A program made the position numbers and the translations under genes. Source: a virus. From it: a stretch of 64,000 nucleotides of DNA. The notes beneath the pieces were generated by a model. That model did not search any database, was not told the origin of the DNA, and saw only the letters and a program-made list of their open reading frames with translations. Positions 17,543-26,288 of the stretch are shown here, one piece after another (the stretch's first letter is position 1; each line of letters opens with the position of its first letter). The DNA lies in the IMG/VR virus record IMGVR_UViG_3300036820_000004, positions 32,001 through 96,000 of that record. One strand, 5' to 3'.

Positions 17543-17915
17543 CGGGCCTCGGGCTTGCTCGTGAGGTGCCAGTAGCCCCCGTTCTCGCACTGGTAGGTGC
17601 CCCGCAACGGCTTCCAGCCCGGATCTGCGGCCCGGCTCTGGTTGATCGCTCCCAGTTCCAGCAACGCCTCGGACTGCGTGGTGAAGCGCAGCATCTTGCG
17701 GTTGCAGAGTCGCTGACCCGGGCGCAAACGGTCCGCGCTGGCGTTGTTCTTGCAGCGGCGGCCGCAGAACCGCCTGGGCTTGGCCCGTTCGTCAGCGAGG
17801 TCGTCGCAGAAGATGCACCCGCATTGCGGGCACCTCACGGCGCCAGCCCGATGGCGGGCGGTTTCTCCGGGAACCGCCCGGCCCGGTGCCTCTTCAGGCG
17901 CCGCCGGTTGCTCAC
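17539..17915 (-). CDS. Zn-finger protein
   Basis: CPQC...FC.RRC and YQC...WHLTS motifs; start uncertain. Confidence 0.5.
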
Positions 17916-18139
17916 GGAGCCAGTATCCGCATCGCCGCCAGCCGGTTCCACGCCTGCACGTACACCCGGGTATAAGGCTCAGCAAGAGCCAGCATCGGCC
18001 AGATGACCGCGGCGATGGCCAGCGCGCCGTCCCGGTCCTTCATCCGGTCCAGGATCGCTGCCGCCGCGACTGACGCGAGATAGGCGCCGGCGAGCAGGAC
18101 AAGGCCGTCAGCCGGGGTGATCTGCGGGTTCTCGGTCAC
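17912..18139 (-). CDS. small membrane protein
   Basis: GTG after AAGGAG; hydrophobic. Confidence 0.45.
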   Translation of the reverse strand: MTENPQITPADGLVLLAGAYLASVAAAAILDRMKDRDGALAIAAVIWPMLALAEPYTRVYVQAWNRLAAMRILAP

Positions 18140-18483
18140 TTTCCAGTCTCCTTGGTCGCGCAGTCCAGGCAGAGCGCCGTGCCGTCCTTGGTGGTTACCG
18201 CCGGGAGCATCCCGCCGCCGTGCACGGAACTGGTGACAACGCGGGCCGGGTGCCCGCATGTACCGGTGATGCACCGGAAGCACATCAGCGGGCCGGCGGG
18301 GGCAGGGCCGAACCGGGGCGTGGCCGGCGGCGTAGCCTCCGCCTTGTCCCAGCGGGCGTTGGCAGCATTGCGGGCAATACTGGCCCGCTCTTCCGCAGTT
18401 AGCGCCTTGGCGCGGGCTGCACCGCCTTTGCTGGCGCCCAGGCGGGAAAGCCGTCTCGCGGCCTCGCTGATCTCGTCACTCAC
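18136..18483 (-). CDS. hypothetical protein
   Basis: LGASKGGAARAKALTAEERASIARNAANARW motif plus Cys-rich tail; start uncertain. Confidence 0.55.
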   Translation of the reverse strand: MSDEISEAARRLSRLGASKGGAARAKALTAEERASIARNAANARWDKAEATPPATPRFGPAPAGPLMCFRCITGTCGHPARVVTSSVHGGGMLPAVTTKDGTALCLDCATKETGK

Positions 18484-18526
18484 CGGGCAAGCATAACCCG
18501 GGCAAGCATGCACCGGGGGTGGTCTC

Positions 18527-21499
18527 GTGCCCAAGCGCGCCGCCGCCCCGCCCATCCCCGCGAACCCGGTCTACGGGATGATCGCGGACGAGGTAGCCGA
18601 GCAGGCCGACCTCGGCGCGAAGTTCCGCGACGAATGGCGGGCGCAGGCCCGGCCCGAGCAGATCCCCCCAGACGGCCGGTGGCGGACCTGGTACCTGGCA
18701 GGTGGCAGAGGTGGGGGTAAACTGCTATGCGTGGATACCCCCGTTCCCACCCCCGGCGGGTGGACGCCCATGGGCAAGCTCGCCATCGGCGACAAGGTCT
18801 TTGACGAGGCAGGGAAGGTCTGCCACGTCACCGGGATCGTTGACGACGTGCCGGAGAAGGCTTACCGGCTGACATTCTCCGACGGTGCCCAGATCGACGC
18901 CTGCGCTGATCACCAGTGGGTCACCTGGACGCATGCCGAGCGGAAGGCGTTCCTGCGCTCCCCCTACGAGGACACCTCGCGCATGCCAGACAACTGGCCG
19001 GCATGGCGGCTACGCCGGGTCAGGACTGCCGCGATCCTGACGCGCGAGCAGGTAGAACCCGCGCTGGAACTTTACGCCCAGGGTCTGTCGATCCGGCAGG
19101 TCGTGAAGCGGACGGGCCTGTCACGTATCGGGCTCACCCGCCACCTCCAGGCAGGCCGGTACCTGTCGCCAGAGCCGCAGGTCTACCCCGGCTCGCCGGG
19201 CCCGCAGATCCGCGTTACGCAGGAGATCGCTGACACCCTGACAACGGGCGAGCGCGGGGACACCAACCATGCCGTCCCGGTCTGCGGTGTTCTCGACCTC
19301 CCAGATGCCGCCCTGCCCGTTGACCCGTACGTCCTTGGTGCGTGGCTTGGTGACGGGACTGGGCGCGAGGGCATCATCACGATCGGCGATGAGGATGCCG
19401 GGGAAATGCTCGGCTACCTCGCAGCGGGTGGCGCACCGCTCAGCGGCCGGCCACGCCGCCGCGCTGAATCCAAGAGCGCCGCGTACCCGATAGGCGGTGC
19501 CCCGGCGGCCCGCGACGTCCGGACCGGCCGCATCACCGCGAACGGCAGCCTGCACTCGGCACTGGAAGCGCTCGGGGTGCGTGGCGTGAAGCATGTCCCT
19601 GCTGTCTACCTGCGGGCATCGCCGACACAGCGCCTGGCACTCCTCCAGGGCCTGATGGACACTGACGGCGGATGGTCCGGGTGCAACGTCGAGTTCACTT
19701 CCTGTACGAAGCCGCTGGCAGATGCCGTGGCAGAACTGGCTCGCAGCCTCGGCCAGAAGCCCGTTATCCGCGAAGGCCGCGCCACGCTGTACGGCAAGGA
19801 CTGCGGACCGCGGTGGCGGGTTCGCTGGACGCCTACCGTGAACTGCTTCCGGCTCCAGCGCAAGGCGGCAGGCGTCCGGGCGAGCGGCCCGCAGATGTTC
19901 CGCCACCATCACCGGATGATCGTCAGCGCCGAGCCCGTCGATCCCCGGCCGATGCGCTGCATCACCGTCGACTCGCCGAACCACATGTACCTGTGCGGCG
20001 ACGCCATGATCCCCACGCACAACTCCTGGACCGGGGCACACACCCTCGCCGAATGGATCCTCACCGACCCCGTCCCCGGCGAATGGGGCATCGTCGCCCC
20101 CATCTACGCCGACGCATGGAGTGTCTGCGTCGAAGGAGAGAGCGGCATCCTTGCCGCGTTCGGAACGAACGTTGAGGAAGTCAAGCGCGGCAAGTCGAAA
20201 CTGGTCGAGTACTGGCACAAGAGCTTCGCCGAGCTCAAGATGCGGTCCGGGCACATTATCCGCGTCGCCTCCGCCGAAGACGGCGGCCTGCGCATCCAGG
20301 GCAAGAACCTCAAAGGTGCCTGGTGCGATGAGATCGGCTTGTGGGACGCGTGGAAAACCACGTGGGATGAGTCGCTGAAGTACGCGGTCCGCAAGGGCCG
20401 GTCCCAGATCGTGGCGACCGGCACGCCGAAGAAGTCCCGCAAGGCCCGTGAGCTGATCCGGCGTCTCATCGCCGATCCGGCGGTGCGCAAGACGCGGGTG
20501 CGGACAATCGACAACCGGGCCAACCTGTCCGAGGAGTTCTTCGGCGAGGTCGTCAGTTCATCCAAGGGCACCCGCCTCGAACAGCAGGAACTCGAAGGCG
20601 TCCTCCTCGACGACGTCGAGGGCGCGCTGTGGACCGCGGACCTCATCGACTCCTACCGCACCGAACCCGGCAAGGTCCCGGACCTGCTGCGTGTCGTCGT
20701 CGCCGTCGACCCCGCCGTGTCCAACGACGAGGACTCCGACGAGACCGGCATCGTCGTCGTCGGCGAGGCTGAGGGCGGCCACGGGTTCGTCCTCGCGGAC
20801 TACTCCATGCGGGGCACCCCGGACGCGTGCATGCGCAAAGCCGTCTGGGCGTACCACCACCACCAGGCCGACAAGGTCATCGGCGAAGCGAACAACGGCG
20901 GCGACTACATCGGCTCGCTGCTCAAGACGGTTGACCCGGACGTCCCCTACGAGAAAGTCATCGCCAGCCGGGGCAAGCGGGTCCGCGCCGAGCCCGTCTC
21001 CGCGCTCTACGAGCAGGGCCGGGTCCACCACGTGGGCTGCCACACCATGCTCGAGGAGCAGATGATCTCCTGGGTGCCGTCCGACCCGGGTGACTCCCCC
21101 GACCGTGTAGATGCCCTGGTCTGGGCGTGTTCGGCACTTAGAAGCCTTTCGTCCGGTTCGTGGCTGGAAGCGTACGGCGTGAAGCGCTGCGGCGACTGCG
21201 GCAAAACGTTCCCCGAGCGGGAGGGCGAGTGCCCGTCCTGCCACCCGAAAGCACCCGACGCTGGCAAGCCGGCGGCGAAGACGACAACCCCGGCCGAGCC
21301 TGCGGCGATCGGCGGGTGGGCTTCAGCGTACGGGGACTTCGTCCGCTGCCCCGCCTGCTCCCGCCCCTACGACAAACGCCGCCACGGCAAATGCCCGGCC
21401 TGTCACGGCGGGCTGATGCGGATGCTGCAGCAGAACGGCCGGCCCGCAGGAATGCCCGGCGGGATGCCCGCTGGCGGGATGACGGGAGGATTCAGGTGA
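18527..21499 (+). CDS. terminase large subunit, intein-containing
   Basis: Walker A GGRGGGK|S split by intein; Walker B AWCDE; TGTP; nuclease VAVDPA...DETGI, DRVDA; C-terminal Zn ribbons. Confidence 0.95.
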   Translation: MPKRAAAPPIPANPVYGMIADEVAEQADLGAKFRDEWRAQARPEQIPPDGRWRTWYLAGGRGGGKLLCVDTPVPTPGGWTPMGKLAIGDKVFDEAGKVCHVTGIVDDVPEKAYRLTFSDGAQIDACADHQWVTWTHAERKAFLRSPYEDTSRMPDNWPAWRLRRVRTAAILTREQVEPALELYAQGLSIRQVVKRTGLSRIGLTRHLQAGRYLSPEPQVYPGSPGPQIRVTQEIADTLTTGERGDTNHAVPVCGVLDLPDAALPVDPYVLGAWLGDGTGREGIITIGDEDAGEMLGYLAAGGAPLSGRPRRRAESKSAAYPIGGAPAARDVRTGRITANGSLHSALEALGVRGVKHVPAVYLRASPTQRLALLQGLMDTDGGWSGCNVEFTSCTKPLADAVAELARSLGQKPVIREGRATLYGKDCGPRWRVRWTPTVNCFRLQRKAAGVRASGPQMFRHHHRMIVSAEPVDPRPMRCITVDSPNHMYLCGDAMIPTHNSWTGAHTLAEWILTDPVPGEWGIVAPIYADAWSVCVEGESGILAAFGTNVEEVKRGKSKLVEYWHKSFAELKMRSGHIIRVASAEDGGLRIQGKNLKGAWCDEIGLWDAWKTTWDESLKYAVRKGRSQIVATGTPKKSRKARELIRRLIADPAVRKTRVRTIDNRANLSEEFFGEVVSSSKGTRLEQQELEGVLLDDVEGALWTADLIDSYRTEPGKVPDLLRVVVAVDPAVSNDEDSDETGIVVVGEAEGGHGFVLADYSMRGTPDACMRKAVWAYHHHQADKVIGEANNGGDYIGSLLKTVDPDVPYEKVIASRGKRVRAEPVSALYEQGRVHHVGCHTMLEEQMISWVPSDPGDSPDRVDALVWACSALRSLSSGSWLEAYGVKRCGDCGKTFPEREGECPSCHPKAPDAGKPAAKTTTPAEPAAIGGWASAYGDFVRCPACSRPYDKRRHGKCPACHGGLMRMLQQNGRPAGMPGGMPAGGMTGGFR
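18722..20023 (+). mobile_element. class 3 intein with LAGLIDADG endonuclease (434 aa)
   Basis: Block A LLCVDTPVPTPGGW; block B ACADHQW; block F MRCITV; ends THN|S; LGAWLGDG and LQGLMDTDG motifs. Confidence 0.9.
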
Positions 21500-21717
21500 A
21501 CGTTCGCGCCGTGATCGCAGGCAACTACGCCGAATACCTGGACTGGTGCCACGAGCACGGCATCAACCCGCGCGGCCGGGATGTCTTCTACGCCACCCCG
21601 GAGTCTCTTCGCGGGCGAAGGAACCTGACCGTCGTCCGCACTGGCACGTACGCACAGCGCGATGACCTCGCCGAGATCGGGCAAATCCTCCGCTACACCG
21701 CGCTCGTCTCTGGCTGA
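21496..21717 (+). CDS. hypothetical protein
   Basis: GTGA coupling after GGAGG. Confidence 0.55.
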   Translation: MNVRAVIAGNYAEYLDWCHEHGINPRGRDVFYATPESLRGRRNLTVVRTGTYAQRDDLAEIGQILRYTALVSG

Positions 21718-21762
21718 CCAGCACGTTCACCACCCATCTCGCCACCAGGAGCTGTGTGACCC

Positions 21763-22182
21763 ATGTCCAAGAACAAGAAGAACGACGACTTCGCCGACTG
21801 GCAGGTCCACTTCCAGCCTTCGGGCGGGACCACCTGGCACTCGCCCGTCATCCGCGCCTCAGCCGTCAGTGCCCGCGACGGCTGGCTGTGGCTGGAAGAC
21901 GCCTCTGGCGCCTCCCTGTTCGCTGCCCCGCACGCCGCTGTCCTGTACGTGAAACGGCTGGAGCCGGGCACCGACCGGCCGGTCGTGGCACCGCATGAGC
22001 TTGCGCTCCCGGCCCCGTTCTGGCCAGTCAATCTCGTCGAGCCCGACCTGCCGCAGCCCGACCCGGTACCGGCCGGTGCCGCTGACGAGAAGGCGGCCGA
22101 GGATCCCGGTCCGATCGAGACGGGCCCGGCAGCCAGGAAGGCAGATACCCCGCGCCCGCGCAGCAGCAGGCGCGGCAAATGA
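21763..22182 (+). CDS. hypothetical protein
   Basis: RBS AGGAG. Confidence 0.6.
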   Translation: MSKNKKNDDFADWQVHFQPSGGTTWHSPVIRASAVSARDGWLWLEDASGASLFAAPHAAVLYVKRLEPGTDRPVVAPHELALPAPFWPVNLVEPDLPQPDPVPAGAADEKAAEDPGPIETGPAARKADTPRPRSSRRGK

Positions 22183-22577
22183 CCGGCGAGCGCAGCCTGG
22201 AGGAGCGTGTCGCCGCGCTGGAGGAACTGGCCGCGCACCCGCTGCGGTCAGTCACGATGCCTGAGTTCACGGGGGAAGACGCGGAAAAGTTCCGGCACGA
22301 CATTGAAGCCGCCGGGCTCGCGGCACACGAGTACACGATCCTTCCGCCCGGCCCGCGCCTCACCGAGGACGAGGTCCGTCACCTCCTCCGCGAGTGCGTC
22401 ACCGTGGTCAAGCCGGGCGAACTGCTGGTGATCCGGGTGGCGGATTTCACGCCGCAGCAACTCCGCGAGTACAACGACCTGGTCTCCTGCTGGCTGGACG
22501 GGTATGCGCCCGGTGTCCGGTGCCTGATTACCCTCGGCGAGGAACTGGGCGTGGCAGAGGCGGCCGCCGGTGCCTGA
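22179..22577 (+). CDS. hypothetical protein
   Basis: ATGA coupling. Confidence 0.6.
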   Translation: MTGERSLEERVAALEELAAHPLRSVTMPEFTGEDAEKFRHDIEAAGLAAHEYTILPPGPRLTEDEVRHLLRECVTVVKPGELLVIRVADFTPQQLREYNDLVSCWLDGYAPGVRCLITLGEELGVAEAAAGA

Positions 22578-22986
22578 CCGTCCGGAGCACTTCGAGGGCA
22601 CCGTCACCGTCGAGTGGACACCGGACGGCCCGTCGCCGATGCGCGGCTGGCGGTTCATGATCAGCGCCGAGGACGGGACGCCCATCACCACGGTCACCGG
22701 ACTAACCATCCACGCCAGCGCCGGCAACCTTGTCTGGGCCGAGCTGACTATGTTCACCGATGAGGATGGCCGGCCGGTCTGCAGTGCCGCGGTCATCTTG
22801 CCGAATGAGCCGCCGCGGGCCACGTTCGCGTTCGAGGTTGCGGGCATGGGTGTAGCGGACACCGGGCTATTCGGTCCCCTCTCACCGATCCCGCCCGTCC
22901 CGCTGGATGGGCCGCCGGGTTCGCCGCGTCCGGAACCCCGGCGATTTCAGTACCCGGTCGGCTACGGGGCAGGCGGCCATGAGTGA
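22570..22986 (+). CDS. hypothetical protein with portal-like C-terminal peptide
   Basis: Overlaps neighbours; tail resembles a segment near the portal N-terminus. Confidence 0.6.
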   Translation: MPDRPEHFEGTVTVEWTPDGPSPMRGWRFMISAEDGTPITTVTGLTIHASAGNLVWAELTMFTDEDGRPVCSAAVILPNEPPRATFAFEVAGMGVADTGLFGPLSPIPPVPLDGPPGSPRPEPRRFQYPVGYGAGGHE

Positions 22987-23236
22987 GCCCCTGACCAACC
23001 ATGTCGAGATAGCCGGCGACCCGTCCTCCGGTGCCCTGCGCATCGACGGCCACCTGCTCCCCTTCTCGGCGGCGGTCTTGAAGATGGAAGCCCCCCGCGT
23101 CCCGGTCCTGTCCGTCGCCCTGCCCTGCATTGGCGGGGTGGTCGTGACCCTGGAAGCGGAAACAGAGTTCCAGGAGACCACCCGGGCCGCGCTGATCGCC
23201 ATGGGGTGGACGCCGCCACCGGAGCCTGAGACGTGA
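22979..23236 (+). CDS. hypothetical protein
   Basis: ATG at 22979; coupled to neighbours. Confidence 0.55.
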   Translation: MSEPLTNHVEIAGDPSSGALRIDGHLLPFSAAVLKMEAPRVPVLSVALPCIGGVVVTLEAETEFQETTRAALIAMGWTPPPEPET

Positions 23237-23649
23237 GCTACCCCGACAATATGGCCGGCCGGCACGCCGCCCCGCTGATGATCCAGGCCGCCCGCGGCAG
23301 GCTCGAACGCTCCGGCGGCCAGCCGCCCGCGCCGCGCCACAAGAAGGCCATGACCGCTGAAGCCCGCGCCGAGGCAGCGGCGATCCTGCGCGCCGGCGGC
23401 GGGTGTTTCCTGTGCGGCGGCCTGCACGCAGGCACTGAACTGGCCTGCCCCCGGCTGGCCACGTTCACCCTCGGCGGCGACGGCGTCCCGGTTGAACTGC
23501 GCGCCCAGATGCCAGACGGCCAGGTCAGCACGCGGACCGTTTTCATCGCCGAGGCCACGTTCTGGCCCAACGGCTCCTGGGAAGACCCCGAGCGGGTGAT
23601 CCTCGCCGAGGACGCGGAGGAAACCGATGACCCCGCCCTCCCAGGCTGA
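23233..23649 (+). CDS. hypothetical protein (CxxCxxxH...C)
   Basis: GTGA coupling. Confidence 0.6.
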   Translation: MSYPDNMAGRHAAPLMIQAARGRLERSGGQPPAPRHKKAMTAEARAEAAAILRAGGGCFLCGGLHAGTELACPRLATFTLGGDGVPVELRAQMPDGQVSTRTVFIAEATFWPNGSWEDPERVILAEDAEETDDPALPG

Positions 23650-23890
23650 CGGAATCCGCAGGCTCGCGTCCCTCGCGGGCGAGGCACCGGACCTGTCGCG
23701 TGACCACGACGTGCTCGCTGTCGCCATGATCGTCGCCGCGAAAGCACGCGGGATGACGTGGGCGCAGATCGGTTCCGCGCTCCTCGGCCGCCCCGATCCC
23801 CGGCTCGCGAAGAAGCACGCCCGGATGCTGGCCCGGGCCGCGAACCGGAAAGCCGCCGCGTCGATCAGCCTGGAGGGACTCGATGCCTGA
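23627..23890 (+). CDS. HTH-like protein
   Basis: RBS GGAGG; AKARGMTWAQIGSALL. Confidence 0.55.
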   Translation: MTPPSQADGIRRLASLAGEAPDLSRDHDVLAVAMIVAAKARGMTWAQIGSALLGRPDPRLAKKHARMLARAANRKAAASISLEGLDA

Positions 23891-24182
23891 CCGCCTCGTT
23901 ATCACGTGTCCTGAGCATGGCTGCCCGCTCGTCCCCTCCCTTGCCGACCCGGTCATGCTCTACTGCCCGCAAGACGCCGCCTGCGACACCTCTGTCCGCA
24001 TCTTCGCGTCAGATGCCCCGCTGTTCCCCTCCTCGCCCATGACCGAGCTTGAGCAGGGCGGTGCTCAGCAGCACGAGTTCGTGCTCTCCCGTGTCGCTGC
24101 GGGGTTCTCGCGAACGGAGGCCATGCAGATCCTCTGCTGCATCGTCTCGGCCGGGATCATGAAGGGATCCGGTGATGGCTGA
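23883..24182 (+). CDS. hypothetical protein
   Basis: RBS GGAGG; CPEHG motif. Confidence 0.55.
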   Translation: MPDRLVITCPEHGCPLVPSLADPVMLYCPQDAACDTSVRIFASDAPLFPSSPMTELEQGGAQQHEFVLSRVAAGFSRTEAMQILCCIVSAGIMKGSGDG

Positions 24183-24372
24183 CCCGCCAGGCACGTTCCG
24201 CCGCATCGACGACCCGCAAGCCGAGGTAGAACGGCTCGCCCGCGAGCGGCAGATAGCAGCGGGCCAGGTCTGCGCCGAAGTGGTCCGCCGTGACGGCTGC
24301 CCGATGCGCCGCCTGCCGCCGCGCAGCCGCGCCCACGACCCTGACCACTGCGACCGCGCATGGGGGGGCTGA
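24175..24372 (+). CDS. hypothetical protein
   Basis: Coupled small ORF. Confidence 0.45.
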   Translation: MADPPGTFRRIDDPQAEVERLARERQIAAGQVCAEVVRRDGCPMRRLPPRSRAHDPDHCDRAWGG

Positions 24373-24374
24373 CC

Positions 24375-24971
24375 ATGGCTGACGACGACGCCTACCTGGC
24401 CGCTGACGCGCAGGACCGCCGCGCTGCCCTCGCTGCCGCTGTTGACCTGGCCTCCCGCCGCGGCGACATCGGCTTCCACCACGACGCCGACCCCCACTGG
24501 CTTCACCTCGCGGACTCGGCCTACCGCTGGCTCCGCAACCGCGACACCCTGCACGTCGTCTCCGTGGCGATCACGCCCGGAACCCCTTTCAAGGAAGGAA
24601 CTACCGCCATGACCGCCACCTTCACCCTCGACGACACCGATGAGGTCGTCTTCTCCCTGACCGGCCAGGACGCCAAGGGCGCCGCGGTGCCGCTGCCCGA
24701 CGGTTTCACCGCCGCCTGGACGCTGGCCGACCCGGACTCGACGGGTGCCGTCCTCACCGCGTCCGCGGACACCACGACCGCGACCCTGGCCGCCGGGGTG
24801 CCGGACTCGAACCTGATGGTGTCGGTCGTCGTGACCATCACCAACCCGGACGGGTCGGCCACGACCCTGAACGGCGCCGAGGCCGTCATCGTCCAGGCCA
24901 CCGCCGCGACCACGGTGGGCCTGGTCGCCGGCACGCCGTCCGCTGAGCCCCCGGCCGCGCCCTCAGCCTGA
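24375..24971 (+). CDS. hypothetical protein with beta-rich (Ig-like) C-terminal half
   Basis: Thr/Ala/Val-rich; internal RBS AAGGAAGG before ATG 24609 suggests a second start. Confidence 0.6.
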   Translation: MADDDAYLAADAQDRRAALAAAVDLASRRGDIGFHHDADPHWLHLADSAYRWLRNRDTLHVVSVAITPGTPFKEGTTAMTATFTLDDTDEVVFSLTGQDAKGAAVPLPDGFTAAWTLADPDSTGAVLTASADTTTATLAAGVPDSNLMVSVVVTITNPDGSATTLNGAEAVIVQATAATTVGLVAGTPSAEPPAAPSA

Positions 24972-25043
24972 CAGCGCGGGGCCGCGCCGGGCTGGTGCGG
25001 GGAGACCGGCGCGGCCCCGTCAGGTCAGGCATGATGGGACAGC

Positions 25044-25349
25044 ATGAGCGAGGAAGACGAGATGGCCGATGTCGTACAGGCGCAGGTTCTCCGGGCGTTC
25101 GGGTTGAAGCCCTGGGATGCTGGCCTGGCAGCTGTCCCGCTGCGCATCCGGATCTGGCGTGCGGTCACCCGCGCCTACCAGCGCGGCAAGGCCATCGACT
25201 GGCGCTCATACAACGCGGCCGACGCTGCGGCCCGCGCTGCCATCGAGGCTTATAAGGCCGCGCTTCCCGGCCGCGCGCAGGAGATCGCGGACGAGCTCAG
25301 CGAGGACCTGCCGCCGGGGATGCGGTTCGAGTGGGTGCCCAATGACTGA
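25044..25349 (+). CDS. hypothetical protein
   Basis: ORF track; codon usage. Confidence 0.55.
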   Translation: MSEEDEMADVVQAQVLRAFGLKPWDAGLAAVPLRIRIWRAVTRAYQRGKAIDWRSYNAADAAARAAIEAYKAALPGRAQEIADELSEDLPPGMRFEWVPND

Positions 25350-25938
25350 CGACGCCGCAGGCCACCTCCTGCACAACATCCTGAACCCGCCATCCCGGCC
25401 CGGACCGCCGTACACGCATACCATCGACCTGAGTCCTCCTGACCCGGCCGAGGCCGTGGCGTGGCTGCGCAAACAGATCAAGGACGACAAGGTAGCCGCC
25501 GAGGCGGCCACACCCGGCCCGTGGGCATGGGAAGCAACTGGCGAGAAGGACAGTTCCTGGGCGGTCGGCCTAGTCCAGGACGAATACGGGAACACGCTCA
25601 GCGCCCAGATCGAGCCCGGCGAGGGAATCATCATCGACGGGGTCTGTGAAGGGATCGACGGGAACCTTGCCGATGCTGCGCACATCACGCTGCACAATCC
25701 AGCCGACGTAATCGCTGATTGCGAAGCCAAGCTGGCCATCCTGGACGCCTGCCAGCCAGACGCGGCGATGGATGCCGCTCTGGAGGACGGCGACATCTCC
25801 ACCGGGGAGTACGTGAGCACCGAGGCAACAGGTGCCCACATCCTGCGCCTCCTCGCTGCGGGTTTCCGCCGCCGCGACGGCTACTCCCGCTACTGGGGTG
25901 ACCCGGTAACCCACACCATCACCGAGGACGGGCAGTGA
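25342..25938 (+). CDS. DUF6221-like protein
   Basis: WLR..I..D...A.AATPGPW, HI..HNP..V.A.CEAK.AI and LRLLA..F..R.GY motifs. Confidence 0.6.
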   Translation: MTDDAAGHLLHNILNPPSRPGPPYTHTIDLSPPDPAEAVAWLRKQIKDDKVAAEAATPGPWAWEATGEKDSSWAVGLVQDEYGNTLSAQIEPGEGIIIDGVCEGIDGNLADAAHITLHNPADVIADCEAKLAILDACQPDAAMDAALEDGDISTGEYVSTEATGAHILRLLAAGFRRRDGYSRYWGDPVTHTITEDGQ

Positions 25939-26267
25939 CCAGCGGCGAACTGGCACGGGGCGCCCTCTGCCTGGACGGTTGCGACCGGATCGACATCCAC
26001 GCTGGCGGTACTTGCGAGCGGGATGGTCAGCCGCTGGTTCCCGGCCCGCTTGACATAATGCACCGTCACCCGGACATCCCGGTGTTCACGCCGATCCGCA
26101 ATGAGGGCGTCCTCATCTACGACATGGTGCTGCCGAAGTGGCCCGGGCCCGAGGGCGTTCCCTGGACCCCGATGCGGAATGCCTTCGCCCGCTGGCATTC
26201 GGGCAAAATCTGCTACACCCTGCCGTCCGGCAACATAGTCCACGTCAAACCAGACTGCCGCTGCTGA
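25935..26267 (+). CDS. hypothetical protein
   Basis: GTGA coupling. Confidence 0.5.
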   Translation: MTSGELARGALCLDGCDRIDIHAGGTCERDGQPLVPGPLDIMHRHPDIPVFTPIRNEGVLIYDMVLPKWPGPEGVPWTPMRNAFARWHSGKICYTLPSGNIVHVKPDCRC

Positions 26268-26288
26268 CGTTCGATGCTGGAGGTGACC

